Source of the DNA: Candidatus Omnitrophota bacterium
GTDB taxonomy: Bacteria; Omnitrophota; Gorgyraeia; Zapsychrales; Fredricksoniimonadaceae
Length of the DNA: 64,000 nucleotides
Reading direction: 5' to 3'
Assembly: GCA_015232565.1 (NCBI GenBank)
Contig: JADFZK010000003.1
Location: forward strand, 64,540-128,539
The position numbers were made by a program, and so were the translations under genes. The notes beneath the pieces were generated by a model. That model saw only the letters and a program-made list of their open reading frames with translations, was not told the origin of the DNA and did not search any database. Below are positions 49,968-59,186 of this stretch, in pieces; positions within the stretch are counted from its first letter, which is position 1, and each line of letters starts with the position of its first letter.

Positions 49968-52435
49968 GCCTCATTACACTTGATATACCTCATTCTATAA
50001 CTATTATCTTCCACAAAATACTCGGCACAAACCTCGGTAACATAACCCTGCCGAATAGCAGCCTGCACCGCGTCGGCACAATCCAGCCCGTACTTGTTGG
50101 TATAGTCGTCGCCTTTGTTGATCATAAAAGAAGTTGGTATGTAATAAGGCTGGCCGCCGATCTCCACTTTGTCGTGGTTAAAACAGGCCTCCAGATTTTC
50201 CAGGGGCGGTTTCATCTCATTGGCCGGATGGCCGGTAAAGATACCCCAGAACGGCAAACCACCCACAAAAGTCAAGGCCTTGCTGATCCGGTTCTCATCC
50301 CAGCGCGTAATACGCACCTTAACGCACCCGTTGCCGTCGGTAAGCGTATAACAGCGCCCCATCTCGCCGGATTTCTCCGACTTGACCCAGGGAAATTTAA
50401 CCGCACCGCAAGAACGCGCCACACCCCCGCGCTCCCGGCTCCACCATTCACAACGCTTGGGCGTAGCCACTTCCACCTTAACCACGTGGCGATAGCCGCG
50501 GTCCCGGGTTTGGGCCGCCGCCTGCCAGCCATAGATCACGTACGGGCTGATGGCCACCACGTCCTCGATCTTCCGGGCCTCTTCAAAAAGGTACTGTAAA
50601 TATGCCAGGCGGTCATTGGCGGTGCCCATCTTTTCCGCGCACAGGTCGGGATCCCTGGCCGTCTCGCAAAAGAACACCTGGTTAGCGACGTCAAAATTGT
50701 TCACAAAGACCGCGGCGTTATCCGCGGCTTTCTGCAGTTCCACCGTACCCTCGCCCACCAGGGTAAACCCGGTAGTTACTTCCGAACTGGTCAGCATGCC
50801 ATTGATCATGCTGAAGTCCCTCTTGAGCATTCTGAAATTAGCCATCGCGTCGTTAAATTCTTGCGCAAACATATCAGGCGAGACCATAAAAACCTGCTCG
50901 GCATACGGGGTATCAAACGCGCGCATGACCATCGAAGTATTACGCAGGTTATTCACCATCTGGTCGAAGCGATCGCCTTTCCATAATTTCTGGTCCGTAA
51001 CAAGCGGGCTTTTACACTCGCACACCCTGTCGGCCTCCCTGTTTCCGTCGGCATCAGTGGTGATCTTGGTAGTGTCGCACCCCATGGAAAAAGAACAATT
51101 CGACGAATGCGGCGCGGAATAAAAACCGTCCGGAGTTTCATTGCTCTCGCAAAACCGGTCATCTCCCGGGCGCCAGCGGTTATTAATCCCGGGATCCGTC
51201 CTGAGGATGTCCAGCGTGCTATCCAAGCTTAATCTCATATCCGACGGACAACCGGCCAGATCCGGGCTCTCGTAGAAATATTTCATCCGCACACGCTTAT
51301 CATCAAAAATATCCATCGGCGCATTTATCGGATCCTGCCTGTGCGCCTCAATGCTCTTGTCTGTCGCCGCTTTCAGGTTCCACATAAAACTGAACAAAGG
51401 CCCCTGCTCCGGCTCAGCCTGCCTGACCTCAGCGCCGTTGTCGATCAAGATCACCCGTTCCCGGCCCACCAGCGCGGCCACAGTAGTGTTGTCCCCGGTG
51501 ACCACGCCATTTACCGGCGCAGAAGACAAACACCGCAAAAGGTCTTCGGCATAAGGGAACCCCTGATATGGCCCCTGGTTGCAAGTGGATCCCCACGCCA
51601 TTGCCGTCTGATCGGACGCTATGGTGACCGAAGCCTGAAACTGACATTCCTTTTTACAAGAACTTTCCGCACAACAGGTACCCACTTTGCCTTGATCCAG
51701 GCCCAGGTCACGCGCAAAATCAGACAACTCTTCGGTGAACTTGTCGAACTTACTGGGCGCCAGCGAAACACTCTTCAGGCGATTGGTGTAATGATAACTG
51801 AAGCGGGAGATCATTTCCCTGGGATCCGAGCCCGGCTGACTCGCCACGTTCCATTTACCGTTCATATTGTAATCCAGCAAGTCGGGGATCTCTACCGTAT
51901 CGGTGTTCACGGCCTGAATAGCTGCCTGCACCGCCGCTTCCAGGTACTGGTCTTCCACGGTAGGAATGTTATTCTGCAATTTATTCCACATTGAAGTGAT
52001 CGTAGGTTGAATATACGCGAGCTGTACCGCTACCGTGGCGGTGGTCAAAACCAGGGCGGTGGTTAACCCGACTGTTACCGCCGTCACAACTTTAGCAGAT
52101 ACCATGCACCCCCAAGCCATTCCATACGCCGCCGGTAGAATAACCAGAAAGGCAATCATAATTATGACTATTATGATGATCATGATAATGAGAGTCAGAA
52201 CCCCGTTCTGACTGCATTTCTGGGCCTTGCCCTCCAGCTGGGTTTGCATAATATTCTCGCCATAGCTCGCCATGCGCGACACCATCGTTGCGGCCGTAGT
52301 AGTGGCGGCCACCTGGGCCTGGGTTTTAAACTGCACCGCCTCGCTCCAGTTCATCACCATGGCCATAAACACCAAACCCAGCGCTATGGCCACAATGAAC
52401 AACATGGAGATCTGGGCTTTATTATTGCGCAGCAT
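49952..52435 (-). CDS. TadG-like large Cys-rich pilus-associated protein, 827 aa
   Basis: NKA/QISMLFIVAIALGLV prepilin-like start, QAQVAATTTA TadG-like helix, an internal hydrophobic hairpin and many Cys. Confidence 0.7.
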   Translation of the reverse strand: MLRNNKAQISMLFIVAIALGLVFMAMVMNWSEAVQFKTQAQVAATTTAATMVSRMASYGENIMQTQLEGKAQKCSQNGVLTLIIMIIIIVIIMIAFLVILPAAYGMAWGCMVSAKVVTAVTVGLTTALVLTTATVAVQLAYIQPTITSMWNKLQNNIPTVEDQYLEAAVQAAIQAVNTDTVEIPDLLDYNMNGKWNVASQPGSDPREMISRFSYHYTNRLKSVSLAPSKFDKFTEELSDFARDLGLDQGKVGTCCAESSCKKECQFQASVTIASDQTAMAWGSTCNQGPYQGFPYAEDLLRCLSSAPVNGVVTGDNTTVAALVGRERVILIDNGAEVRQAEPEQGPLFSFMWNLKAATDKSIEAHRQDPINAPMDIFDDKRVRMKYFYESPDLAGCPSDMRLSLDSTLDILRTDPGINNRWRPGDDRFCESNETPDGFYSAPHSSNCSFSMGCDTTKITTDADGNREADRVCECKSPLVTDQKLWKGDRFDQMVNNLRNTSMVMRAFDTPYAEQVFMVSPDMFAQEFNDAMANFRMLKRDFSMINGMLTSSEVTTGFTLVGEGTVELQKAADNAAVFVNNFDVANQVFFCETARDPDLCAEKMGTANDRLAYLQYLFEEARKIEDVVAISPYVIYGWQAAAQTRDRGYRHVVKVEVATPKRCEWWSRERGGVARSCGAVKFPWVKSEKSGEMGRCYTLTDGNGCVKVRITRWDENRISKALTFVGGLPFWGIFTGHPANEMKPPLENLEACFNHDKVEIGGQPYYIPTSFMINKGDDYTNKYGLDCADAVQAAIRQGYVTEVCAEYFVEDNSYRMRYIKCNEACPTH

Positions 52436-52668
52436 TATTTGCCTTTCTTGAAAAGCGCCGCATCCAGCGGCCGCGGGCGGTGAAAATTCGGGTTGAGCTG
52501 GCCGTCAAGCGGGCCAGCGGCGGTTAAAACCGCTTCGTGGTCGTAACGGCGTTCGGCCAGGTCCATCATTATCCAGCGCACAGTCTGCACCATCCCGAAA
52601 AGCAGTAACATAAAGACCGCGCAAGCAAAACAAAACTCGATAATGGATTGCCCTTTAGCGCCGCTCAT
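52435..52668 (-). CDS. TadE-like pseudopilin, 77 aa
   Basis: KG/QSIIEFCFACAVFMLLLFGMVQ. Confidence 0.8.
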   Translation of the reverse strand: MSGAKGQSIIEFCFACAVFMLLLFGMVQTVRWIMMDLAERRYDHEAVLTAAGPLDGQLNPNFHRPRPLDAALFKKGK

Positions 52669-54176
52669 TTTACACCCAGCAGTTTTTCAGTGCGTTCGGT
52701 ATCTATATTCCTGATCCACATTCGGCCGCGCTCATCTGTTAAACGACTGCGAATGAACAAGGTACGGCTGTTCATGTCGAAACAGGTTAAAAGCACGTTC
52801 GGCACCGAACGCTTTGTTTTAATAAGATCCGCTACAGTATTCATACAACAGCCGCCCTCCGCCGGAGGCGTAAGCTGTGGATAAAGAGGCTTTTCCTCGG
52901 TAGACGGCTCGCTCTGACAATAAGCTTCTACCGACCCCGGGTTCCTTTCCACAAAGTTCCACGGATCGATCATCTGGCGGTTCAATTGCCAGGTGCGGGA
53001 AATAAAATCCCTTTGTTTCTTCTTGTTAACGCTCATCGCCAGCTTATTGGTATTCGGCAGGAAAGCCTGGCCGTTACGGATCTCCATCACGGTGCCGTCT
53101 TTTAGTTCGGTAAAGATCTGCGCGTCCATCTTGAGCCCCGGAACATCCCGGGCATTATCATAACGTTCCGGGCCTTCACCGGCCATATCGCCGGCGCTGT
53201 AATCCTGGATAGCCAAGTCGAATACCGCCTCCCCTTCACATTTAGTCTTGCTGGTATCCTTCGCGGCAGCCGAAAAAACCGATTCTTCCACCAGATCCCC
53301 GTTCACATCCGCCTGCTCATTCTGATTTTCACCGTCATGGGCGTTAACATCCCCCGCCAGCTCCCAGCGCCACAAAGCTTTCTCCAGGCGTTCATTCCTT
53401 AAATTCGGGCGGCTCCAAAGGTCATCCGTTAAAAAATCGTTACGATTGTAGTTGTACTTCCAATCGTAAAGAGCCTTGTCCGAATCGGCGGCAGTAGCTT
53501 CCGCATCAAACCAGCCTTTATTGCCGTTGGCCTTAATAGCAAAGAAAGTAGGCGCCGCCTGTCCGGCCGGCCATTCCCGCTTAAGACGGGCAAAAGCTTT
53601 TTGATTGTCGACAAAAGGCCGGCCTTCCTCACAGATCGGCAGTTTCTCAGCGTCATAGAACCAGGTAGTGGTAACCGTGCCATCCGGCTTCTTGCGCAAC
53701 CGCAACACATAAGCCGCCGAACCGGTAAGCTCAAAAGTCTGGCCATTCACCGTAAGTTCGGTGACCCCTATGGCGTTTTTCTTCGGATCGCTTACGTCTA
53801 TCCACTCTACCGGGTACATCAGCCCGGTGGTCAAACTCCCCGACCCCGACATAATAGCCGGCCGGCGATCCACCGCACCATACTTTGCCAGTCCCGGTGA
53901 AAGCCGGTCCTGCACCACATGAATGCTGACTGATTGACGTTTGAATACCTCGGGTCCGCTGTCCTTGCTGATATACTTGGTGGCCATATACGATTTCAAC
54001 AAAGCCATGCGCATAGGCTGTAACTGGGCCTGCTGGTATTCCATACTGGCATACCCTTGCTGAAAGATAGACCCCACCACGAAAATAAAAATAGACCCGA
54101 ACACCGCCAGCTCAATTATAGCCTGGGCACGCCGGGACAAAACAGCTTTGGGGGAGGCCGGTTGATCACTAGTCAT
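52665..54176 (-). CDS. Large TadE-like pseudopilin, 503 aa
   Basis: RRA/QAIIELAVFGSIFIFVV followed by a large soluble domain of unknown family. Confidence 0.75.
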   Translation of the reverse strand: MTSDQPASPKAVLSRRAQAIIELAVFGSIFIFVVGSIFQQGYASMEYQQAQLQPMRMALLKSYMATKYISKDSGPEVFKRQSVSIHVVQDRLSPGLAKYGAVDRRPAIMSGSGSLTTGLMYPVEWIDVSDPKKNAIGVTELTVNGQTFELTGSAAYVLRLRKKPDGTVTTTWFYDAEKLPICEEGRPFVDNQKAFARLKREWPAGQAAPTFFAIKANGNKGWFDAEATAADSDKALYDWKYNYNRNDFLTDDLWSRPNLRNERLEKALWRWELAGDVNAHDGENQNEQADVNGDLVEESVFSAAAKDTSKTKCEGEAVFDLAIQDYSAGDMAGEGPERYDNARDVPGLKMDAQIFTELKDGTVMEIRNGQAFLPNTNKLAMSVNKKKQRDFISRTWQLNRQMIDPWNFVERNPGSVEAYCQSEPSTEEKPLYPQLTPPAEGGCCMNTVADLIKTKRSVPNVLLTCFDMNSRTLFIRSRLTDERGRMWIRNIDTERTEKLLGVK

Positions 54177-54499
54177 TAATAATGCCCTATTTGCACGCCG
54201 CCATTCTTGGTTTCCCGGGAAGAAGCCACGTCAGAACGCATGGTATAATAACCTGCCACGCCCTGATTACCGCCGCGGATGGTCTGCACCCGGGATTCGG
54301 AATTGGATTCGATCCGGTGCGTTACCACGCTGTTGGTCTTCTCGGGGTCGTACTGGTCGCCCAGGCCGTCCACGGAATCTTTCCAGCGCCCCTGGATGCC
54401 GCGCTTAAGATAAGTGTTCATGCTGATAAGGGCCGCAATAATGACCACTACCAGGATAGTGTATTCCAAAAGGCTTTGTCCCCGCGCCGAGATCCGCAT
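54176..54499 (-). CDS. Flp/class III signal pilin-like protein
   Basis: RG/QSLLEYTILVVVII, MNTYLKRGIQGR...GDQYDP. Confidence 0.85.
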   Translation of the reverse strand: MRISARGQSLLEYTILVVVIIAALISMNTYLKRGIQGRWKDSVDGLGDQYDPEKTNSVVTHRIESNSESRVQTIRGGNQGVAGYYTMRSDVASSRETKNGGVQIGHY

Positions 54500-54519
54500 T
54501 CCGCCTCCTTTAGCAAGCG

Positions 54520-54864
54520 TTACTCATCTTTGGTAAAACCCATATTCGTCAACGAATTGGTCAACGAAACGGTTTCTTCCACGGTCCTTACATTCCGCGC
54601 CCACATGGTTTTATTCATCGCCATGAAAGTGTCTTTCTGCGAGTTCGCCCGGGTATTGGAATAAAAATACTCGGTATAACCGCTATCGGCGTTGAAATCC
54701 TGCTCGGAATTCCTCTGCACGCCGATCTGGTCCGCCCCGGCCTTGATAAGGCTTTGGGTGCCGCGCTTGACCATCGGGAACATCATCGCCACGGCCGCCA
54801 CCACAATGGTGGCCATCACCACATATTCACCAAGGCTCTGGGCTTTGTTTTTTAGCTTGAACAT
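54520..54864 (-). CDS. Flp/class III signal pilin-like protein
   Basis: KA/QSLGEYVVMATIVV, MVKRGTQS. Confidence 0.85.
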   Translation of the reverse strand: MFKLKNKAQSLGEYVVMATIVVAAVAMMFPMVKRGTQSLIKAGADQIGVQRNSEQDFNADSGYTEYFYSNTRANSQKDTFMAMNKTMWARNVRTVEETVSLTNSLTNMGFTKDE

Positions 54865-54903
54865 AAAAGACCTTGTGGCCGTTGGGCCCCAACCTTCAAC
54901 TGC

Positions 54904-55260
54904 CTATTTCGACATATAGGGCGCCAGCTGGTTGCTGGACATGCTCATGCCCTGCTCGGTATTAATGATCTTGTTATACGCCCCGCCGGCGGCCAGGAAC
55001 GAATTGTCCTTTTGGTAACTGTCGATATTCGCCGTCGACTCCACGTAATAGGGCTCGTATTCCATGTTCACCTGGACCGTACCTTCCAGCGCGTTAGTGG
55101 CCTTGACCATCACCCAACGCTGGGTGTCATGAGTGCGGGCCTGCAAAGCCCGCCGGATATACGTAGACATTACTGTGATCGCGATCACGATCAGCACCGA
55201 CGCCACCACATATTCCCCGCTGATGGCCTGCCCTTTTCTGGAATAAAAATTTTTTAACAT
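54904..55260 (-). CDS. Flp/class III signal pilin-like protein
   Basis: KG/QAISGEYVVASVLI, MSTYIRRALQAR...EYEPYY. Confidence 0.85.
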   Translation of the reverse strand: MLKNFYSRKGQAISGEYVVASVLIVIAITVMSTYIRRALQARTHDTQRWVMVKATNALEGTVQVNMEYEPYYVESTANIDSYQKDNSFLAAGGAYNKIINTEQGMSMSSNQLAPYMSK

Positions 55261-55297
55261 AAGGCCGCCTGAGAAGAAAAATGTATCCGACGATTAA

Positions 55298-55329
55298 TTC
55301 CCGAAGGGGATACCTGCCCCCTTCGGGAA
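55298..55329 (-). terminator. 12-bp stem-loop inside the pilin array (weak terminator or mRNA stabiliser)
   Basis: TTCCCGAAGGGG-N8-CCCCTTCGGGAA with only a short U tract. Confidence 0.55.
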
Positions 55330-55373
55330 CTAAAGCCGGTGAATTATACTTTCACTAACAACCTGGTAAAACT

Positions 55374-55700
55374 TTACGGCATGTATTCAGCGCCGTCACC
55401 CGTCGTCATTCGCACATTAGTAATAACGTTAGTTGTCATCTGAGCGCCAGCCTCGCTACGCTTACCGGTCATCGCGGTACCAGCCAGATTATTGCTGTAC
55501 GTATTGCTGATCGACACCGTGGACTTGTAATAATTTGCCCCGGTGGAGAACTGATCACCAATATCGTCGGTAGCGCTTCTTAAGCGGCCCTGTACGCCTC
55601 TTTTAACATAAGTGTTCAAACTCAAGAGCGCCGCGATAATGATAATTATTAGGATCGCGTACTCCAGCGTGCTCTGGCCCTTACTATTTTTTTTCATCAT
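55374..55700 (-). CDS. Flp/class III signal pilin-like protein
   Basis: KG/QSTLEYAILIIIII, LNTYVKRGVQGR...GDQF; GGAG RBS. Confidence 0.87.
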   Translation of the reverse strand: MMKKNSKGQSTLEYAILIIIIIAALLSLNTYVKRGVQGRLRSATDDIGDQFSTGANYYKSTVSISNTYSNNLAGTAMTGKRSEAGAQMTTNVITNVRMTTGDGAEYMP

Positions 55701-55744
55701 AAGCTTTCTCCATAATAAAGACTTTAGTAAAAATTATCTCCGTT

Positions 55745-56152
55745 CTATGGTGCAACCCCTTCACCCTCTACCCTGCCGACTTGAGTCGGAGCCGCGGTAG
55801 TTTCAATCTGCTCGATCTTGTTAGTGAACGTCGATCCATTTGCGGTAAAAAGATCTTGCTCCTTGTTCTGGATAGCAGTACTGCTCTTGTCTACTTTCTC
55901 GTCTGTATTGGTGTAATAAGGCTCATACTGCAAAGTAGCATACTGAGCGCCAAGCCCGATCTCAGTGCCACCCACCCCGCCCGTACCGGCGCTGGTCTTG
56001 GTAGCCATAAACCGGCTGGTATCGCGCACACGCGCCTGTAAAGCCCGCTGGGCATAGGTCTGCATAGCCACTACACCGCCAATTACCAGCGCGATCAGAA
56101 TGGCGTATTCCGCCGTATTCTGGGCTTTTTTATTTCGGATATTTTTTAGCAT
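55745..56152 (-). CDS. Flp/class III signal pilin-like protein
   Basis: KA/QNTAEYAILIALVI, MQTYAQRALQAR...QYEPYY; AAGGAG RBS. Confidence 0.87.
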   Translation of the reverse strand: MLKNIRNKKAQNTAEYAILIALVIGGVVAMQTYAQRALQARVRDTSRFMATKTSAGTGGVGGTEIGLGAQYATLQYEPYYTNTDEKVDKSSTAIQNKEQDLFTANGSTFTNKIEQIETTAAPTQVGRVEGEGVAP

Positions 56153-56197
56153 GCACAGCTCCTTCTAAAAAACCACGAACTGGTTATAGTTCCGTTA

Positions 56198-56431
56198 CTA
56201 TTCTGTTGCCGTAGCCGCCGTTTCATCAGCCCCCGCAAAAGTAGTGCCGATCTTGCCACCCATCTCATTCATAGTATTCGTACTTGACGTAAGCGTGCTG
56301 TTCAAAGCCGTCCTGAAAGGCGAACTATTGGAGCCTACGAACGCAATAATGGCAATGACCACCGCTGTCATCAGAATGATGTACTCCAGCGTGCTTTGCC
56401 CTTTCTTGACCTTCTTTTTTTCTTTTAACAT
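56198..56431 (-). CDS. Flp-like pilin, 77 aa (candidate major pilin)
   Basis: Start moved to ATG 56431, behind a GGAGG RBS: MLKEKKKVKKG/QSTLEYIILMTAVVIAII. Confidence 0.85.
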   Translation of the reverse strand: MLKEKKKVKKGQSTLEYIILMTAVVIAIIAFVGSNSSPFRTALNSTLTSSTNTMNEMGGKIGTTFAGADETAATATE

Positions 56432-56468
56432 TGTCTGTTCCCTCCGTTTTACCGCGTATGTATAATGA

Positions 56469-56621
56469 CTATTCCCTCGAGTATTCTTCTCCGATGTCCT
56501 TTTGTTTGGCCTGTACGGCCCGATACACATAGGTGCTCATGGCAACCACCGCCGCCGATACGATCGCAACGACAAGGCAATATTCAACAAGATTCTGCCC
56601 CTGGCAATTTTTTATCCTCAT
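56469..56621 (-). CDS. 50-aa pilin-like protein absent from the ORF track
   Basis: Hand translation: MRIKNCQG/QNLVEYCLVVAIVSAAVVAMSTYVYRAVQAKQKDIGEEYSRE*. Same motifs as its neighbours. Confidence 0.85.
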   Translation of the reverse strand: MRIKNCQGQNLVEYCLVVAIVSAAVVAMSTYVYRAVQAKQKDIGEEYSRE

Positions 56622-56889
56622 CGCGCGCCACCCCTGTGAACAAAATACATCTGGCCGGGGCTTCCTTGAACATCACTGCGAAGCGAGAATGTTCCCGGCT
56701 ATTATACCGCCCCGGGTTACCCCGGACGGCCCGCAAATAATATCAAACAAACTTTATTCGCAGTACAACCCCGCTTTAAACGGAGCCGAAAGGCGTTACG
56801 GCACACCCCTTCCATACAAGCGTCACCAAAGTATAACATATGAAATTGAACGCCGCAATGGTGAAAACGAAATTAGTTTTGTGGAAAAG

Positions 56890-59145
56890 TTAAAGTGTAA
56901 AAACTATGCGGCGGCCATCGGCGGTTTTGAAAAAAGCGGCGTTAAGCGAACTTAAAATAATAGTTAATTGCGGCTGGTAAGCGTAATCTTCCGGTAACTG
57001 AAAACGCAAGAAAACGGTATCAGGGTGTTCCTGAATGTAACCAGAGAGGTCGTAAAGCCAGTGGCACATTCCCAGCCAGGAAAGCGCCTGACAGGTGGAA
57101 TCCAGGAAATATTTCCGCAGTAAAACATCAACTTCCCTGATCACAGCCGAAATACTGCCTATTTGTGGAGCAAAAGACAGCGCTTTACCCTCAATTAGCT
57201 GGCCGCATCCCACATCAGAGGCGATAGTAGAATTGAATAATTGCCGGAAAATATCTTCCGCACCGCACTTTTCAGCCGGAATATTTGACAATAATACAAA
57301 TTCTTCCCCCCAGCCTTCCGGCTTGACTGTTAACACCCTTAATGGCTGATCCGCCCCCTCGACCGCCAGCGCGCCTTCAAAATATCCGCAGGACCTGTCC
57401 GCTATGGGGTCGAAGTACGCGCGGTGATTGTCGATCATTTCGTATTCCACGCGGGCCATTTCGCTTTCGGAAAGGCGCACCCGCAGAATAAAATCCCGAC
57501 GGATAGCCGGAATGGACAGAAATTCCGCGCATTTGGTGTCATTATCGCCAATAAGCTCCAGGGAACCAAAGACGTCCTCACCGCGGCCGTCCATTAAACG
57601 GATAAAAGCCAGCAGTTCCGGCTGTAGGCCAAAAGCGGGCACATTGGCCATTACCGGCTGCATATTGGTGATAATGCTGTCGACCGCCCGCTCGACCGCC
57701 ATGAATATTGGCAAAGCGGCCGCCGGGGACTGGCCGAATACCGAAGCCTGGCCGGCGTCGATGAATTCATAATTCAGGGCCGGTAAGGCGGCATCCAGAT
57801 AAAAACGCGCGCCTTTAGCCGACAACAGGCGGAAATATTTCACCGGCGTGAACGCCATGGTAAGCTCGGTATGTATGGCCGTGCAAAGGGTTTTGTTATT
57901 TTCCAGGACGAACGCTTTATCTATGATCGCCCGGCCCTGCCGGTCTTCCAGCCCGGCCAGCCGCCAGAGCGTCGAGAGGTCATTGGATTCAAAACCAGGG
58001 CGATGTTCCGCGAACATATCCGCAAAAAGTACCGCTTCACATTGCGCCGAAGTTACGCCCTCCGGCAAAGCGCCCAGCTCGCGGGCCAAGGCCTCGCCCA
58101 AACGACAGGAAGAACAAGCCGCCTGAAAAGCGTACCAGAGCGCCGCCGCCCCCAGCCGCCCGTAAAGCTTGCCCACGTTCCCCAGCCAAAGCGCCGAACG
58201 CTCCCGGGCCTTCTCCTCTTCCCGCTCCCGGGCGCGAATGCCATCCTCAACCTCAGCCTGCACCTGTTCAAAGGAAGGCGTGCCAAAAACGGGGTCCGGC
58301 ATCAGCCGGAGAGCCCGATCGTCAGTCAACGCATTGACCGGCTCCTCAGAGTTAGCGGTCGCAGGCGTTAAGGCCTCCGGCGCCGCCAAACCAGGATCGC
58401 GCTCCGGGACCGACATGAAGGGGTCTTCTGGCTCAAGCGCCGACTCAGGCGCTATTTCCTGAGTCAGATCATTCTCAATAGGTTGCGATACAACGGGTTC
58501 TGTTAATGGCTCAGGCACTGGCTGGTCCGAGTTAAGCTCGGCCCCTACGGCCAATGAGGCTTCCGGCTCGATCGACTGATCCGGAGCATTCTCAATAGGT
58601 TGCGGCACAATGTGTTCTGCTACTGGCTGGGCACATTTATTGGGCGAATCTTCGGCTCGTGAAGTATCGTCAGATTGCCGGGCCGACACCAGGTCGGCCC
58701 CTACGGCCAATGAAGCTACCGGCTCAATCCCGGTTTCCAATGCAGCCCCGGCAATGGGATTCAGCGACTGGTCGGGCTTAGCCTCTGGGGCTCTGTCAGT
58801 TTCCGCGATCATCTCCGGCTTTGGCTTGACTTCCTCAAAAACCGCGGGCACCGTTACGGCGGGGACTACTGCCGGCAAGAACATTTGGACATTCTTCAGG
58901 AGTATGTCCTTCTTGTGCTGGGGAATAGCAAAGTTCTTGGGGGCTTTATATATGGAATGCCGGCCGATCGGCCCGCTCAGCCTGGCTTGCTTTAAAACCG
59001 CATTAACCGAGGATTTGGACACCTCAAAATTGAACTTATCCTTGATCATTTTAACCAAACCGCGGCAACTCAAAGAATGGTCGGTCCTTTTAGTTTGGAC
59101 AATAAAGTCAACAATATCCTGCCGCAATTTGTAAGCTACACCCAT
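56890..59145 (-). CDS. N-terminal HTH protein with acidic Pro-rich linker and transposase-like C-terminal remnant, 751 aa
   Basis: LSCRGLVKMIKDKFNFEVSKSSVNAVLK is HTH-like. C-terminal FVLLSNIP...AEDIF recalls IS4-type enzymes, but no RWxIE catalytic motif follows. Confidence 0.7.
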   Translation of the reverse strand: MGVAYKLRQDIVDFIVQTKRTDHSLSCRGLVKMIKDKFNFEVSKSSVNAVLKQARLSGPIGRHSIYKAPKNFAIPQHKKDILLKNVQMFLPAVVPAVTVPAVFEEVKPKPEMIAETDRAPEAKPDQSLNPIAGAALETGIEPVASLAVGADLVSARQSDDTSRAEDSPNKCAQPVAEHIVPQPIENAPDQSIEPEASLAVGAELNSDQPVPEPLTEPVVSQPIENDLTQEIAPESALEPEDPFMSVPERDPGLAAPEALTPATANSEEPVNALTDDRALRLMPDPVFGTPSFEQVQAEVEDGIRAREREEEKARERSALWLGNVGKLYGRLGAAALWYAFQAACSSCRLGEALARELGALPEGVTSAQCEAVLFADMFAEHRPGFESNDLSTLWRLAGLEDRQGRAIIDKAFVLENNKTLCTAIHTELTMAFTPVKYFRLLSAKGARFYLDAALPALNYEFIDAGQASVFGQSPAAALPIFMAVERAVDSIITNMQPVMANVPAFGLQPELLAFIRLMDGRGEDVFGSLELIGDNDTKCAEFLSIPAIRRDFILRVRLSESEMARVEYEMIDNHRAYFDPIADRSCGYFEGALAVEGADQPLRVLTVKPEGWGEEFVLLSNIPAEKCGAEDIFRQLFNSTIASDVGCGQLIEGKALSFAPQIGSISAVIREVDVLLRKYFLDSTCQALSWLGMCHWLYDLSGYIQEHPDTVFLRFQLPEDYAYQPQLTIILSSLNAAFFKTADGRRIVFTL
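58524..58704. repeat. Two GTAG-type REP copies in frame within the 751-aa CDS
   Basis: GGGCCGACACCAGGTCGGCCCCTAC (58680-58704, VGADLVSA) and GGTCCGAGTTAAGCTCGGCCCCTAC (58524-58548, VGAELNSD). Confidence 0.7.
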
Positions 59146-59186
59146 ATTTCAGCCCTTATTCCTGAAACAATACCCATAAACACCCC

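Noticed and set aside
56432-56530. N-terminal 33 aa of track ORF 56198..56530
   Set aside because: It overlaps the 50-aa pilin in another frame; the RBS supports ATG 56431.
56622-56889. Riboswitch (e.g. c-di-GMP) or promoter ahead of the pilin array
   Set aside because: No recognisable aptamer consensus. A minus-strand TATAAT at 56701-56706 lacks a properly spaced -35.
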